From Alphaproteobacteria bacterium (GTDB lineage: Bacteria > Pseudomonadota > Alphaproteobacteria > Rs-D84 > CASDRH01): 64,000 nt of DNA. The position numbers were made by a program, and so were the translations under genes. Under the pieces are notes generated by a model. The model saw only the letters and a list, made by a program, of their open reading frames with translations. It searched no databases and was not told where the DNA came from. Below are positions 48,399-58,094 of this stretch, one piece after another. Each line of letters opens with the position of its first letter. The stretch's first letter is position 1. Location: positions 11,519-75,518 of the forward strand of contig JAOASE010000003.1 of NCBI GenBank assembly GCA_025210155.1. The letters are read 5' to 3'.

Positions 48399-49427
48399 TT
48401 ATTTTTTATGTTTTTTAACATCATACTTAGTAAAGTCTTCAAGGTAAGTAGATGATAATAAGTAAGTATATGTATCCAAAGTAGACATAGTTATAGAAAT
48501 AATAACAATCGCTATATAAGCAAGAACAGCTACAGGAATTTCTGGACTTTTAAATAATAAGAAAAGTACATCATCAGAGTTAGTAGTAGTAACAAAATTT
48601 CTAGCACCCATTCCCAACCACATTAAACTCAATGTCATTATAAAAAGAAATATAGGAAACATAGAAATACTTTTCACAATAGTTTTCCCATCTTTTGCTG
48701 AGAAAATTCTTTGCCATATATCTGCGCCAGCAAGCATATACATAACACCTATAATTAATATAGCTATATTATTTTCAGTTCCCATTGCAAATACAGTAGA
48801 TAAATCTTTCATGTCTACTAATTTAGGCTGAATGAATAAAGGAATAAATATCAGCGATAATATAATAAAGAATTGTAAAGTATCTGTCTTAATCACAGCT
48901 TTGTATCCACCACTCATTAAATACATAGCAACAACTAATGCTGAGAATAAAATTCCAAACACTGGAGCTATATCAGCTATTTTAGAAATAAGATTACCGG
49001 CAACAAAAAGCTGCATAGCAATAACTAGAGTAGAGAATAGTATAATTATAAAAGATATATATTTAGCAGTTCTGCTTCCAATAAAATGCCTAACCATTTG
49101 TCCAATAGTAATGCAACTATTCTTAGCGGCAAGATCTCTCATCCTAGGACCATATAATCCTAATAATATTGTTCCAATAGTAAGTCCCAATATCAACCAA
49201 AGTATTCCAGCATAACCAAGTAAGAAACCCAATCCTACCCATACGACAATTCCAGCCCCATCTCTAAGCCCAGAAGCAATAGAAGCTACTGTAGGAATTA
49301 TACCTACCTTACGACTTCCAATTACAAAGTCATCTTCAGTTTCATGTTTTTTAGTTGAGTATGCTATCCAAAGCATCATTAAAAAATATATTCCGATCCC
49401 CATCAGAACAGCAGATTGTAAAGACAT
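48399..49427 (-). CDS. Sodium:solute symporter family (SSF) transporter, N-terminal ~340 aa
   Basis: DFVIGSRKVGIIPTVASIASGLRDGAGIVVWVGLG resembles the SSF N-terminal signature (GGR.lg....alS..At..Sa....G). 342 aa is short for this family. Confidence 0.55.
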   Translation of the reverse strand: MSLQSAVLMGIGIYFLMMLWIAYSTKKHETEDDFVIGSRKVGIIPTVASIASGLRDGAGIVVWVGLGFLLGYAGILWLILGLTIGTILLGLYGPRMRDLAAKNSCITIGQMVRHFIGSRTAKYISFIIILFSTLVIAMQLFVAGNLISKIADIAPVFGILFSALVVAMYLMSGGYKAVIKTDTLQFFIILSLIFIPLFIQPKLVDMKDLSTVFAMGTENNIAILIIGVMYMLAGADIWQRIFSAKDGKTIVKSISMFPIFLFIMTLSLMWLGMGARNFVTTTNSDDVLFLLFKSPEIPVAVLAYIAIVIISITMSTLDTYTYLLSSTYLEDFTKYDVKKHKK

Positions 49428-49603
49428 AATAACCCCCTTTTTTTATGTTACATAAAAAGCTTAATACAATCTAAAATTTAATACAAGAAAAACATGAAAT
49501 ATTGTTTGAAGAAAATAAATAAATATTCTTATTGACTCGAATCGATTCTTATTTTAATATTTAAATAAATATTGAAATGTTAAAATGAAACACGGAGGTA
49601 AAA

Positions 49604-49903
49604 TTGGATATTAAAACATCAGTTAAAGCATTTTCTGCATTAGCCCAAGATACCAGATTAGAAATAGTAAGGTTATTGGAGGAACACAATTCTGAAGGTC
49701 TTTGTCCTTGCAATATATTGGAGAAAATTGATTTAACAAACGCAAACTTATCATTCCACCTAAAAGAATTAGAAAACGCTGGTTTGGTAAGAAAAGAAAA
49801 AAAAGGTAAATTCGTTCACTATTATGCTGAATGTGAGTTCATCAGAGAGCTTGGAAACTTTCTATTAGGCAAATGCGAATTTACAAAAACAAAAAGCAAA
49901 TAA
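49604..49903 (+). CDS. ArsR/SmtB-family transcriptional regulator
   Basis: ALAQDTRLEIVRLL wHTH start. LCPCNI metal/oxidant-sensing Cys pair. 99 aa. Confidence 0.8.
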   Translation: MDIKTSVKAFSALAQDTRLEIVRLLEEHNSEGLCPCNILEKIDLTNANLSFHLKELENAGLVRKEKKGKFVHYYAECEFIRELGNFLLGKCEFTKTKSK

Positions 49904-49923
49904 TAAAGTAGGGGGATAGAGCC

Positions 49924-50367
49924 ATGTTAAAGAAAACTATGTTAATTGCGGTTTCAAGTTTAGTATTGCTAACAGCATGTAAACAAGAAACTAAAAAGTC
50001 AGCAACTGCTGAACAAATAAAACAAGAGATTGTTAAAAACAACTCCCTTAATAAATCTACAATTTATTACTTCCACGGAAACAAGAGATGTCAAACTTGT
50101 CAAAAAATAGAGGCGTATACTCAAGAAGTTTTTGATAACGAATTTAGAGATACTCTTGATATGAAGTTAATAAATCTAGATGCTCCAGAAAACAGACACT
50201 TTATAGAGAAGTACAATTTATATAGCAGGTCTGTTGTCTTAGCAAAAGCTGAGAATGGACAAGAAGTAGATTTTAGAAATCTTGATAAAGTTTGGGTCAA
50301 AGCAGGTGACAAACAAGATTTTCAAAACTACATAACAACAGAGGTGAAAAGCTTCTTATTTAACTAA
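49924..50367 (+). CDS. Thioredoxin-fold CxxC lipoprotein
   Basis: Lipobox LLTAC and IYYFHGNKRCQTCQK (Trx-like F....CxxC). Confidence 0.45.
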   Translation: MLKKTMLIAVSSLVLLTACKQETKKSATAEQIKQEIVKNNSLNKSTIYYFHGNKRCQTCQKIEAYTQEVFDNEFRDTLDMKLINLDAPENRHFIEKYNLYSRSVVLAKAENGQEVDFRNLDKVWVKAGDKQDFQNYITTEVKSFLFN

Positions 50368-50383
50368 ATCGTAGGAAAAGGAT

Positions 50384-50764
50384 ATGTACAAAATACTAGC
50401 ACTAGCTGGTATAGTCATCCTTGGATTTGCAATGAAAATCTTTAATAAAGATTACAGTGGAAATAAAAACCTAAAGGTTTACCACTTCTATCATAATCCC
50501 TATGGCTATACTTGCTCAGAAGCAGAAAGATGTATTAAAGAAATAGTAAAGGAATCAGATAAAGATCTTACCTTCTCATCTATAAATACATCAGAGGATA
50601 ATAAAGACTACATAGATGGATATCATCCAACCCAAAAAGAAGTAGTTATTTATAATCCTAACACAGAAGAATATAAAGTTTCATCTATCAGAAATCTAAT
50701 CAAAAGAGGTGCAACTGATAGTGAAGTAAAGCAACAATTCACAAAAGAATTAGATTCTATATAA
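50384..50764 (+). CDS. Membrane-anchored thioredoxin-fold-like protein, paralog of the preceding ORF
   Basis: N-terminal TM. VYHFYHNPYGYTCSEAERC aligns with IYYFHGNKRCQTCQK. Similar downstream pattern. Confidence 0.4.
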   Translation: MYKILALAGIVILGFAMKIFNKDYSGNKNLKVYHFYHNPYGYTCSEAERCIKEIVKESDKDLTFSSINTSEDNKDYIDGYHPTQKEVVIYNPNTEEYKVSSIRNLIKRGATDSEVKQQFTKELDSI

Positions 50765-50777
50765 GAAGGAGGAAAAA

Positions 50778-52415
50778 ATGATAATAGAACTATTTTTAGC
50801 ATCGCTATGGCTTGGAATATTGACATCAATAAGTCCATGCCCTCTAACGACAAACATCGCCGCGGTATCATACGTTGGACAAAAGGTTAGTAAACCATCC
50901 CACGTATTATTATCAGGTCTGTTTTATACTTTAGGAAGAGCATTCTTATATACAGTATTAGGATTTGCTTTATCACTAAGTGTAAGCTCAATACCAGTAG
51001 TTTCACAATTTTTACAAAGTCAGCTAGCTTACATAGCAGGACCATTACTTATAGCTATTGGTTTAATGATGCTAGGTGTGATAAAAGTAAAACTACCTAA
51101 ATTTCAAATAAAAGAGAAGTCTCAAGAGAACCTACAAAAGAAAGGTTTGCTAGGATCATTTTCACTGGGCGCACTATTTGCCTTGATGCTTTGTCCAGTC
51201 TCAGCTGCATTATTCCTGGGACATCTAGTACAAACACAAGGAAATATTCCAGCATTAATTGTTTACGGTATAGGTACAGGTATTCCAGTTATCATATTAT
51301 CATTCGTAATCGCCTTTAGTGTAAAGAATGTATCTAAAGTATATAACAAACTTGCTACTTTCGAAAAGTGGGCTAGAAGAATTACGGGCGTATTATTTAT
51401 GTTTGCAGGATATCACTACTTAGCACCAATGATTAATATAAACCTTAATATATTATCATTGTTCACGCTATTAGCAGATTACTTAGCATATGATCTACTT
51501 AATCTAGTGCCAGGATCTCACTTTGGTCATGCCGTTCACTTCTTCATAGAAGACGTTACTAAAATCCTATTCTTACTTACGGTAATGATAACAATAATAT
51601 CATTCTTTAGATCTCATCTTAAACCAGAAAAGATTAGAGAATACCTAGAGGGTAAACCAAAATGGATGGCATATATAATGTCCGTAGGTTTAGGAGCCGT
51701 AACACCATTTTGCTCATGCTCATCAATTCCATTGTTCATTGGCTTTGTAGAGGCAGGTATCCCATTTGGTGTAACAATGGCATTCTTGATAACATCTCCA
51801 ATGATTAACGAAATCGCCATAGCAGTCTTAGCATCCATAATAGGTTGGAAAATAGCGGTGGTATATGTCCTTACAGGAATGGGAGTTGGTATCATCGGTG
51901 GACTATTAATGGAAAAATTAGGCTTTGCAAAGTACGTAGAAGAATATGTATACAATATCAAAATGGGTAAAAACAATGTTGTAGAAGAAAAGATTTCAGG
52001 ATTTAAAGAAAGACTTTCATACGCATTCGAATACGCAAAAGATATGCTTAAAAAGATATGGCTATATATAGTTATAGGTATTGGAATAGGGGCCGCAATA
52101 CATGGTTTCGTTCCACAAGAATTCTTCGCAAAGTATGCAAGTGCGGATAATCTGTTCGCAGTACCTCTAGCAGTAATTCTAGGTATTCCTCTATACTCAG
52201 ATGCAACAGGAGTAATACCTATCGCAGAATCTTTGTTAGGTAAGGGCGTGCCAATTGGAACTGTACTAGCCATGATGATGAGTGTGGTTGCAGTATCACT
52301 ACCAGAAATGATTATCTTAAGAAAGGTGCTTAAACCAAGACTTATAGCATACTTCGCAACATTCCTATTAATAGCATTTATATTTGTAGGATACCTATAT
52401 AACGCAATATTTTAA
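50778..52415 (+). CDS. Fusion protein: CcdA/DsbD-like thiol-disulfide transporter domain (N) plus ArsP/DUF318-family permease (C)
   Basis: N-terminal ISPCPLTT (TM1 Cys) and LMLCPVSAA (TM4 Cys), as in CcdA. C-terminal half has TPFCSCSSIPLF, the conserved TPFCSCS motif of ArsP/DUF318 permeases. 545 aa. Confidence 0.65.
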   Translation: MIIELFLASLWLGILTSISPCPLTTNIAAVSYVGQKVSKPSHVLLSGLFYTLGRAFLYTVLGFALSLSVSSIPVVSQFLQSQLAYIAGPLLIAIGLMMLGVIKVKLPKFQIKEKSQENLQKKGLLGSFSLGALFALMLCPVSAALFLGHLVQTQGNIPALIVYGIGTGIPVIILSFVIAFSVKNVSKVYNKLATFEKWARRITGVLFMFAGYHYLAPMININLNILSLFTLLADYLAYDLLNLVPGSHFGHAVHFFIEDVTKILFLLTVMITIISFFRSHLKPEKIREYLEGKPKWMAYIMSVGLGAVTPFCSCSSIPLFIGFVEAGIPFGVTMAFLITSPMINEIAIAVLASIIGWKIAVVYVLTGMGVGIIGGLLMEKLGFAKYVEEYVYNIKMGKNNVVEEKISGFKERLSYAFEYAKDMLKKIWLYIVIGIGIGAAIHGFVPQEFFAKYASADNLFAVPLAVILGIPLYSDATGVIPIAESLLGKGVPIGTVLAMMMSVVAVSLPEMIILRKVLKPRLIAYFATFLLIAFIFVGYLYNAIF

Positions 52416-52444
52416 TTAACAATAAACCAGGGAGGTAACTTAAA

Positions 52445-52684
52445 ATGAAAAACATAAAAGTACTAGGAGCAGAAATGTGCTCAAGCTGTTCAAACTTAAA
52501 AGACCATATTGAAAAGTTTGTTAAAGACAATAACGTAGAAGCTACAGTTGAAAAGATCACTGATATAGCAGTAGTAATGAGCTACGGAGTAATGTCTGCT
52601 CCTGCCGTTGTAGTGGATGAAGAAGTTAAGTGCTTCGGAAGAAGTCCAAGTGACGATGAGCTTAAAGAATGGATACTAAAGTAA
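52445..52684 (+). CDS. Redox-active disulfide protein 2 (small thioredoxin-family protein)
   Basis: 79 aa. KVLGAEMCSSCSNL CxxC near the N-terminus and C-terminal ...KCFGRSPSDDELKEWI. The classic genomic partner of DUF318 permeases and ArsR. Terminator at about 52715-52750. Confidence 0.65.
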   Translation: MKNIKVLGAEMCSSCSNLKDHIEKFVKDNNVEATVEKITDIAVVMSYGVMSAPAVVVDEEVKCFGRSPSDDELKEWILK

Positions 52685-53075
52685 AATAAGTTTCCATAAT
52701 TTAAGAGCATAAAAAAAGGTCTTTTATACTTTTGTAAAAGACCTTTCTTAAAGTATTCAATGGCTAGAAAGAAAACTCAATTTCATTTATAACAAAATCA
52801 ATCCCTTCTAAAAAGGTGGATCCGAATAATCTTTATTAAACGGATCCACCCACTTTTAACCAAACCTAACCCTGTTTTGTTATATATTTTTATAAATAAT
52901 TTCGAATTTAAATTTTCAATTGGAAGCCCTCCTAAGAAGGCCCCCAGTTGAGAAAAAATTTCGTTGCTTGTGCCACCAAGCTCCTTTATAAGTAATCAGT
53001 GAAGTCTATCTTATTAGATTCTTTTCCTAAGTCAACAAAAAAATAAAACCTCCATATTTCAGACATATAGAGATT

Positions 53076-53486
53076 TTATTTTAAGGCATAACCTGCGTTG
53101 GCAATGTAAGCTCCGAGCTTAACATTTTCCATAAATTCAGGTTTTAATTTCATTTCTAATGATTCCATTATTCCAGCAGGAATTTCTCTACGAAGTTCTT
53201 TTTTAGAGAATATAGTTAGATAATTTCGCATATGCTGAAGACTAAGTTCTTCTCTCATATCTAACATAACTTTATTTTCTAAAATAATAATAACGTTCTT
53301 TATAGATCTCTCAATTCCTATTTCAATGTCATCATTGCTTTCCATTTCTTCCGCTTTAACCAAAAACACGGCCGTATTGCTATTAGTGTGGTCATTATTA
53401 GGCATAACCCACATAAAATCAAAAATAAGTTCCGTATCAATAGAAGGGATAAATAGAATGTTTTCAAAGGTTCCATCTAAAATCAT
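53076..53486 (-). CDS. Hypothetical protein (136 aa)
   Basis: ORF only. Confidence 0.35.
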   Translation of the reverse strand: MILDGTFENILFIPSIDTELIFDFMWVMPNNDHTNSNTAVFLVKAEEMESNDDIEIGIERSIKNVIIILENKVMLDMREELSLQHMRNYLTIFSKKELRREIPAGIMESLEMKLKPEFMENVKLGAYIANAGYALK

Positions 53487-53592
53487 ATTTAAAAGGATTG
53501 GTATAAATAATTTTAAATCAGTCTAGTATGGGATTTTGATCTTGTCAATAGAGAAAGGAAGCCCGCTATAAAAACGGGCCTCAAAAATTGTT

Positions 53593-54252
53593 TCAATTTG
53601 AACTGGTAAAATAGTTCAATAGATGGTTAATCTTTTCCTGTGCGGATTTAAGATTTTCCATACCTTCTTCAGAAAGTTCATTATGCCTTGCTGCGATGCT
53701 AAGTTTTATACCTTCATACTGAAGATCCAAAAGCTCCATGAAGGTTTCTTCATTACCTGAATCAGCCGCAATAAGTGTCTCATTTAAATTCTGAATTTTT
53801 TCAATCCAATCTTCAGTTTTCATGAAGTCAAATTTCGGTTCAAGCATACTTCGTAATGTTTTAAAAAGATCTTCAACTTCTTTATGGTTATTTTTATTAG
53901 TACCACATTTGATGCTATCTTTCATACTTAGGATTACCTGGTACAAGAATAATTCTTCAACTTCCATTAAGCCGACTTTTTCTTTATGAAACTTCAGCCA
54001 TTGATCAAATGTCTCAAATACGAAAGGCTTCTTAATATAACAGCTTTTTAAGCAAAGAAATCCATTCTTAAAAAATATACCAATTCCTTTTAATTCACAG
54101 TGATGATATGGTTTAACAAATTGAGCTTTTTCAATGAGCCCATCATCATTTCTAGAGATAGAGAGCCACAGCAAGTGATCAAAATCATAGCGTTCTTCAG
54201 CAAAATATTTTTTACCACCTCTAGTATGAGCAATTAAATAACTTCTACGCAT
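53593..54252 (-). CDS. Hypothetical protein, tandem paralog (219 aa)
   Basis: KGIGIFFKNGFL...FETFDQWLKF aligns with KSVGIYLKDGKLHY...FESYDEWAEI of the next ORF. Own terminator downstream. Confidence 0.45.
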   Translation of the reverse strand: MRRSYLIAHTRGGKKYFAEERYDFDHLLWLSISRNDDGLIEKAQFVKPYHHCELKGIGIFFKNGFLCLKSCYIKKPFVFETFDQWLKFHKEKVGLMEVEELFLYQVILSMKDSIKCGTNKNNHKEVEDLFKTLRSMLEPKFDFMKTEDWIEKIQNLNETLIAADSGNEETFMELLDLQYEGIKLSIAARHNELSEEGMENLKSAQEKINHLLNYFTSSN

Positions 54253-54375
54253 GTTAAAAAAGGTTTAAATTATACAATATTGACAATAACTTAAAATAAA
54301 ATATTAATTTTGTCAAGAATATATAAAAAACGCCCATGCTGTATATACAACACGGGCGAAAAAATAGTCAAAATT

Positions 54376-54984
54376 TTACAGTCGTTCTTTTAGGTAATCC
54401 TCCAGTTTCTTTAGTCTAAACTCAAGGTCCTCTCCATCTTCCCCTTTATTGGCAACTTTTTGAATATTTCTCCCTATAGAAATTAATCTAGCTAGGTAAA
54501 CAATATCAAGTTCGCCATTTTCGTCACGAGGAATGGATGATGTATCTGCTTCTTTCATATATTTATCAAAGAAGTTTAATCTCATCCTATCATCGAAATA
54601 CTCAAGAGCTTTTCTAAGAAATAGTTCGGGATTCTTCAATCCAACCATTTTCTTACTCTCAGCGAAAGCGGTGTGCAGTAGGGCTTCTTCTGAATGGTAT
54701 TCAAAAGTCTTAGGCTTATTAATTTCGGCCCATTCGTCGTAAGACTCAAATTCCCTATCATCTGCCGGGGAGGTTAGTGCATAATGAAGCTTCCCATCTT
54801 TAAGGTAAATTCCAACAGATTTATTGCTAATTGTATCATTAGCTTTATAAAACCTAGCAGAAATCATTTTTCCTTCAGGATTGTAATAAGCTTCATAAGC
54901 AATTACTCCAAAGAAGTTATGTCGAACTTCCCTAAGAACATTTTCGCCATTTTCATCTAGCGAAAACAAACTAAACTTTTCCAT
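54376..54984 (-). CDS. Hypothetical protein, tandem paralog (202 aa)
   Basis: See the previous entry. Terminator at about 54330-54365. Confidence 0.45.
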   Translation of the reverse strand: MEKFSLFSLDENGENVLREVRHNFFGVIAYEAYYNPEGKMISARFYKANDTISNKSVGIYLKDGKLHYALTSPADDREFESYDEWAEINKPKTFEYHSEEALLHTAFAESKKMVGLKNPELFLRKALEYFDDRMRLNFFDKYMKEADTSSIPRDENGELDIVYLARLISIGRNIQKVANKGEDGEDLEFRLKKLEDYLKERL

Positions 54985-55131
54985 ATTTTTGCATTTAACA
55001 ATTAATGTTCTTTAAATATATACCTTATTTTATTATTTGTCAATAATAATTTTTTGATTGTAGTTATTTTAATAAAAGAATAACCCCCGCATAAAGCAGG
55101 GGCATTCAGTAGATTTTTTTCATTTGTTTTT

Positions 55132-55881
55132 TTACTGCTGATTACCAACAGTTGGATTTTGGTTCCTTGGAGTTTGATTTCTCCTGCGGCGCCTACCTTC
55201 AGATACAAGTCCTTTGCCTTTTTCAAATTGAAGTAGGGCTTCTAGGTAACTACTTGCATCATCTCTTTCATACTTTTCATCTTTTTCATAGACTTCAATG
55301 TTATGAAACGGCTCATCCAGTAAACTTTCCCATCGGTGTTGCTTTTTATAAACGGCTACTTTTTTTGAAAGCTCCCAAAATTTATCAGTCTCATATTCGA
55401 CATCTAAATATTGGTTTTCATCCATAAAAATTTCGTTTATAATCAGATGCTCATTTCTCCAGTGAAGATCTGAGTCATCTCTAATTCTGTTATAGTCATC
55501 AATTCCGAGTTTCTTCAGATTTGATAGAGTATAATAGAATATGTTAATTTTATACTCACCGCCTGAAACAAAGATTTCAACTGTGCGGTCATTAGAATGA
55601 TCCACATAATAGCAGCCTTCGTATTTATCAGCACTACTTCTGACAACATAGAAAATGCTATCTGGAACAAACTTATAACCATCTTCTTTTTTAAATACCG
55701 GCACAGAAAGCTCTGTATATGCCGTTTCAAAAAGATTGTGGTCTTGTTCTGCAGCCTCAATTTCATTGTAAGCAAGGCGGGAAATTTTCTTTTCTCCTGT
55801 GGGTTGGTCACATGAAGTAAAAACAAAAACAAATGCTACGATAATTATCACTACGTAAGTGAAAGGGTTTTGACTTTTCAT
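55132..55881 (-). CDS. Hypothetical lipoprotein with a basic C-terminal tail
   Basis: Signal peptide plus lipobox FTSC. C-terminal RRRRRNQTPRNQNP. Confidence 0.45.
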   Translation of the reverse strand: MKSQNPFTYVVIIIVAFVFVFTSCDQPTGEKKISRLAYNEIEAAEQDHNLFETAYTELSVPVFKKEDGYKFVPDSIFYVVRSSADKYEGCYYVDHSNDRTVEIFVSGGEYKINIFYYTLSNLKKLGIDDYNRIRDDSDLHWRNEHLIINEIFMDENQYLDVEYETDKFWELSKKVAVYKKQHRWESLLDEPFHNIEVYEKDEKYERDDASSYLEALLQFEKGKGLVSEGRRRRRNQTPRNQNPTVGNQQ

Positions 55882-56112
55882 ATCTTATTTTTTGGTTATT
55901 GTACACAAATATTAGTAATTATGAATTAAATATATTTGACAAAAAATAATTTGTCAACAAAAAAAATATAAATTATTATAATAAAAAATAAAATTTCTAC
56001 AAAAGTGAGAGTTTTCAAGACTTTCCAGAGGTATTAAATAGTTGATTACTTTAAATATGTGTGTTATCTTTAAATAACTTTTTTATTATTTTTCAATTGG
56101 AAGGGAAAAATC

Positions 56113-57054
56113 ATGGATAATAAAGTATTACAAGACTTATCAATTATAGTAAAAACATTTCTTAGACCAGATATGTTGGACAGCTTTCTAAAGTCTGTTT
56201 CAGATTATCAAAAAAAACATAATATTAAGTTTCCTGAAGTATTAGTAGGGGATGATAGTCCTGAAGAAATTATAGAGGAAAATAAAAAGGTTGTAGCTAA
56301 ATATCCAGATGTAAATATAAATTTCCAAGCATTTGAATTTAATATAGGTCTTGCCGAAGGTAGAAATCGCCTAGTTGATATAGTTAAAACGAAGTATTTC
56401 CTTTTGTGTGATGATGATGTACTGCTAGATATAGACTCTAATTTCGAAGACGTAATAAAAGTTTTAGAAAAGAAAAATTTAGATATCTACGGTGGGTGGT
56501 GGAAAAACCAATATAATATGTCTACAGGTGAATATGAAGAGAGAGGCTTCGTAGCTAAATTCATAGAGTATGATAACAATCTAATACTGAATGTTGATGA
56601 ATTTTGCATTCCGGAATTTGCCTATACACATTGTATGATGAACTATTTCATAGCAAAAACAGATATCGTAAAAAAATATCCTTGGGATAATGAAATGAAA
56701 ACTCAGGAGCATTATATCTTTTTCTATGAAGCATGGAAAAACAATGTTAAAATGGCTGTAGGTAAAGAGCTTTTTGCAAAGCACCGTATGCGTACTGAAA
56801 ACCCTACATATAATCTTTATCGCAATGATATTAATAAGAAAGAATATGTGATTAAAATGGCAGACAAGGCCAATGTTAAAAATTGGGACATTTGTTATTT
56901 CCGTAAAGGCTTAGCAGTTACATGGAGCATAAACACAGAAGAAAGAACCTCAGTTATAAAACATTATAAAGAAGTTATAAAAGAGAAAAAAAAGAAAAAG
57001 AAGAAAAGTTTATTTAAACGAATATTTAGAATTAAGAAAAAGAAATCTGCTTAA
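56113..57054 (+). CDS. Glycosyltransferase (GT-A fold, DxD) with a poly-Lys C-terminal tail
   Basis: SIIVKTFLRP...FLLCDDDVLLD (DxD). The C-terminal KEKKKKKKKS is encoded by an A-rich tract. Confidence 0.55.
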   Translation: MDNKVLQDLSIIVKTFLRPDMLDSFLKSVSDYQKKHNIKFPEVLVGDDSPEEIIEENKKVVAKYPDVNINFQAFEFNIGLAEGRNRLVDIVKTKYFLLCDDDVLLDIDSNFEDVIKVLEKKNLDIYGGWWKNQYNMSTGEYEERGFVAKFIEYDNNLILNVDEFCIPEFAYTHCMMNYFIAKTDIVKKYPWDNEMKTQEHYIFFYEAWKNNVKMAVGKELFAKHRMRTENPTYNLYRNDINKKEYVIKMADKANVKNWDICYFRKGLAVTWSINTEERTSVIKHYKEVIKEKKKKKKKSLFKRIFRIKKKKSA

Positions 57055-57109
57055 TAAAAAAGCCTCTAAAAAAATAGGGGCTTTTAAATTATCTTAATAT
57101 ATATCTATC

Positions 57110-58069
57110 TTAGGAAAATTTCCATTCAACGAACTTTTTTAATCCATCTTTAATTGAAACCTTTGGTTCATATCCTAAGATCTCTCTAGCCTTAGATATA
57201 TCAGCATGTGTTAGAGGTACATCTCCAGGTTGCTCGGGAAGTCTTTTTATAATAGCTTTTTTCCCCATAGCATTTTCAATCTCATAAATTAAATCTGATA
57301 ATGAAACAGTTTTATCCCCACCTAGATTAAATACTTCAAACTTTTTCTCATTATAAGACATAGCTCTTTTAATACCATCAACTATATCATCTATATAAGT
57401 ATAATTTCTTTGAGTTGATCCATCTCCATAAACAGGTATTTCTTTGCCTTCTGCCATAAGTGAAGCAAACTTATTAATAGCTAAATCAGGTCTTTGTTTA
57501 GGGCCATATACTGTAAAAAATCTTAAGGCTACTATATTCATGTCATAAAGATTGGTATATGTTTTACAGATAATCTCCCCAGCCATTTTACTAGCCGCAT
57601 AAGGAGATATAGTATTCATGCTTGCCATATCTTCAGAAAAAGGACCTTTCTTCAACGCTCCATACACAGAGCTAGATGAAGCAAAAGCTATTTTTTTAAT
57701 GCTATACTTCTTACACATATCTAAAATATTAGTAGTTCCAGTAACATTGACATCCATATATAAAGAAGGATCTTCTATAGAAGGTCTAACTCCAGCTCTA
57801 GCAGCAAGGTGAACCACATTATCGATATTATTGTCAGAAAATATCTTTTCGAGTGCATCCAAATCTCTAATATCGTTTTCATAAAACTTAAAACTTCCAG
57901 AAGTCTTTGCAGCTTTCTCTAAATTAGATATATTATCTCTCTTTATTCTAACATCGTAATAATCATTCATAGAATCAATGACTAAGACATTACTGCCATC
58001 TATAAGCAAACTTTCAGAAAGAGTTGATCCTATAAAACCAGCTCCACCTGTAACTAAAATAGTTTTCAT
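57110..58069 (-). CDS. NAD-dependent epimerase/dehydratase (SDR, nucleotide-sugar 4-epimerase type)
   Basis: ILVTGGAGFIGS Rossmann and YAASKMAGE (YxxxK) motifs. Confidence 0.85.
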   Translation of the reverse strand: MKTILVTGGAGFIGSTLSESLLIDGSNVLVIDSMNDYYDVRIKRDNISNLEKAAKTSGSFKFYENDIRDLDALEKIFSDNNIDNVVHLAARAGVRPSIEDPSLYMDVNVTGTTNILDMCKKYSIKKIAFASSSSVYGALKKGPFSEDMASMNTISPYAASKMAGEIICKTYTNLYDMNIVALRFFTVYGPKQRPDLAINKFASLMAEGKEIPVYGDGSTQRNYTYIDDIVDGIKRAMSYNEKKFEVFNLGGDKTVSLSDLIYEIENAMGKKAIIKRLPEQPGDVPLTHADISKAREILGYEPKVSIKDGLKKFVEWKFS

Positions 58070-58094
58070 ATACTTCTACCTCTTTTTTAAAGTT

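Noticed and set aside
55002-55226. 74-aa ORF overlapping the 3' end of 55132..55881.
   Set aside because: It overlaps a better-supported lipoprotein gene and the intergenic terminator region, and has no SD.
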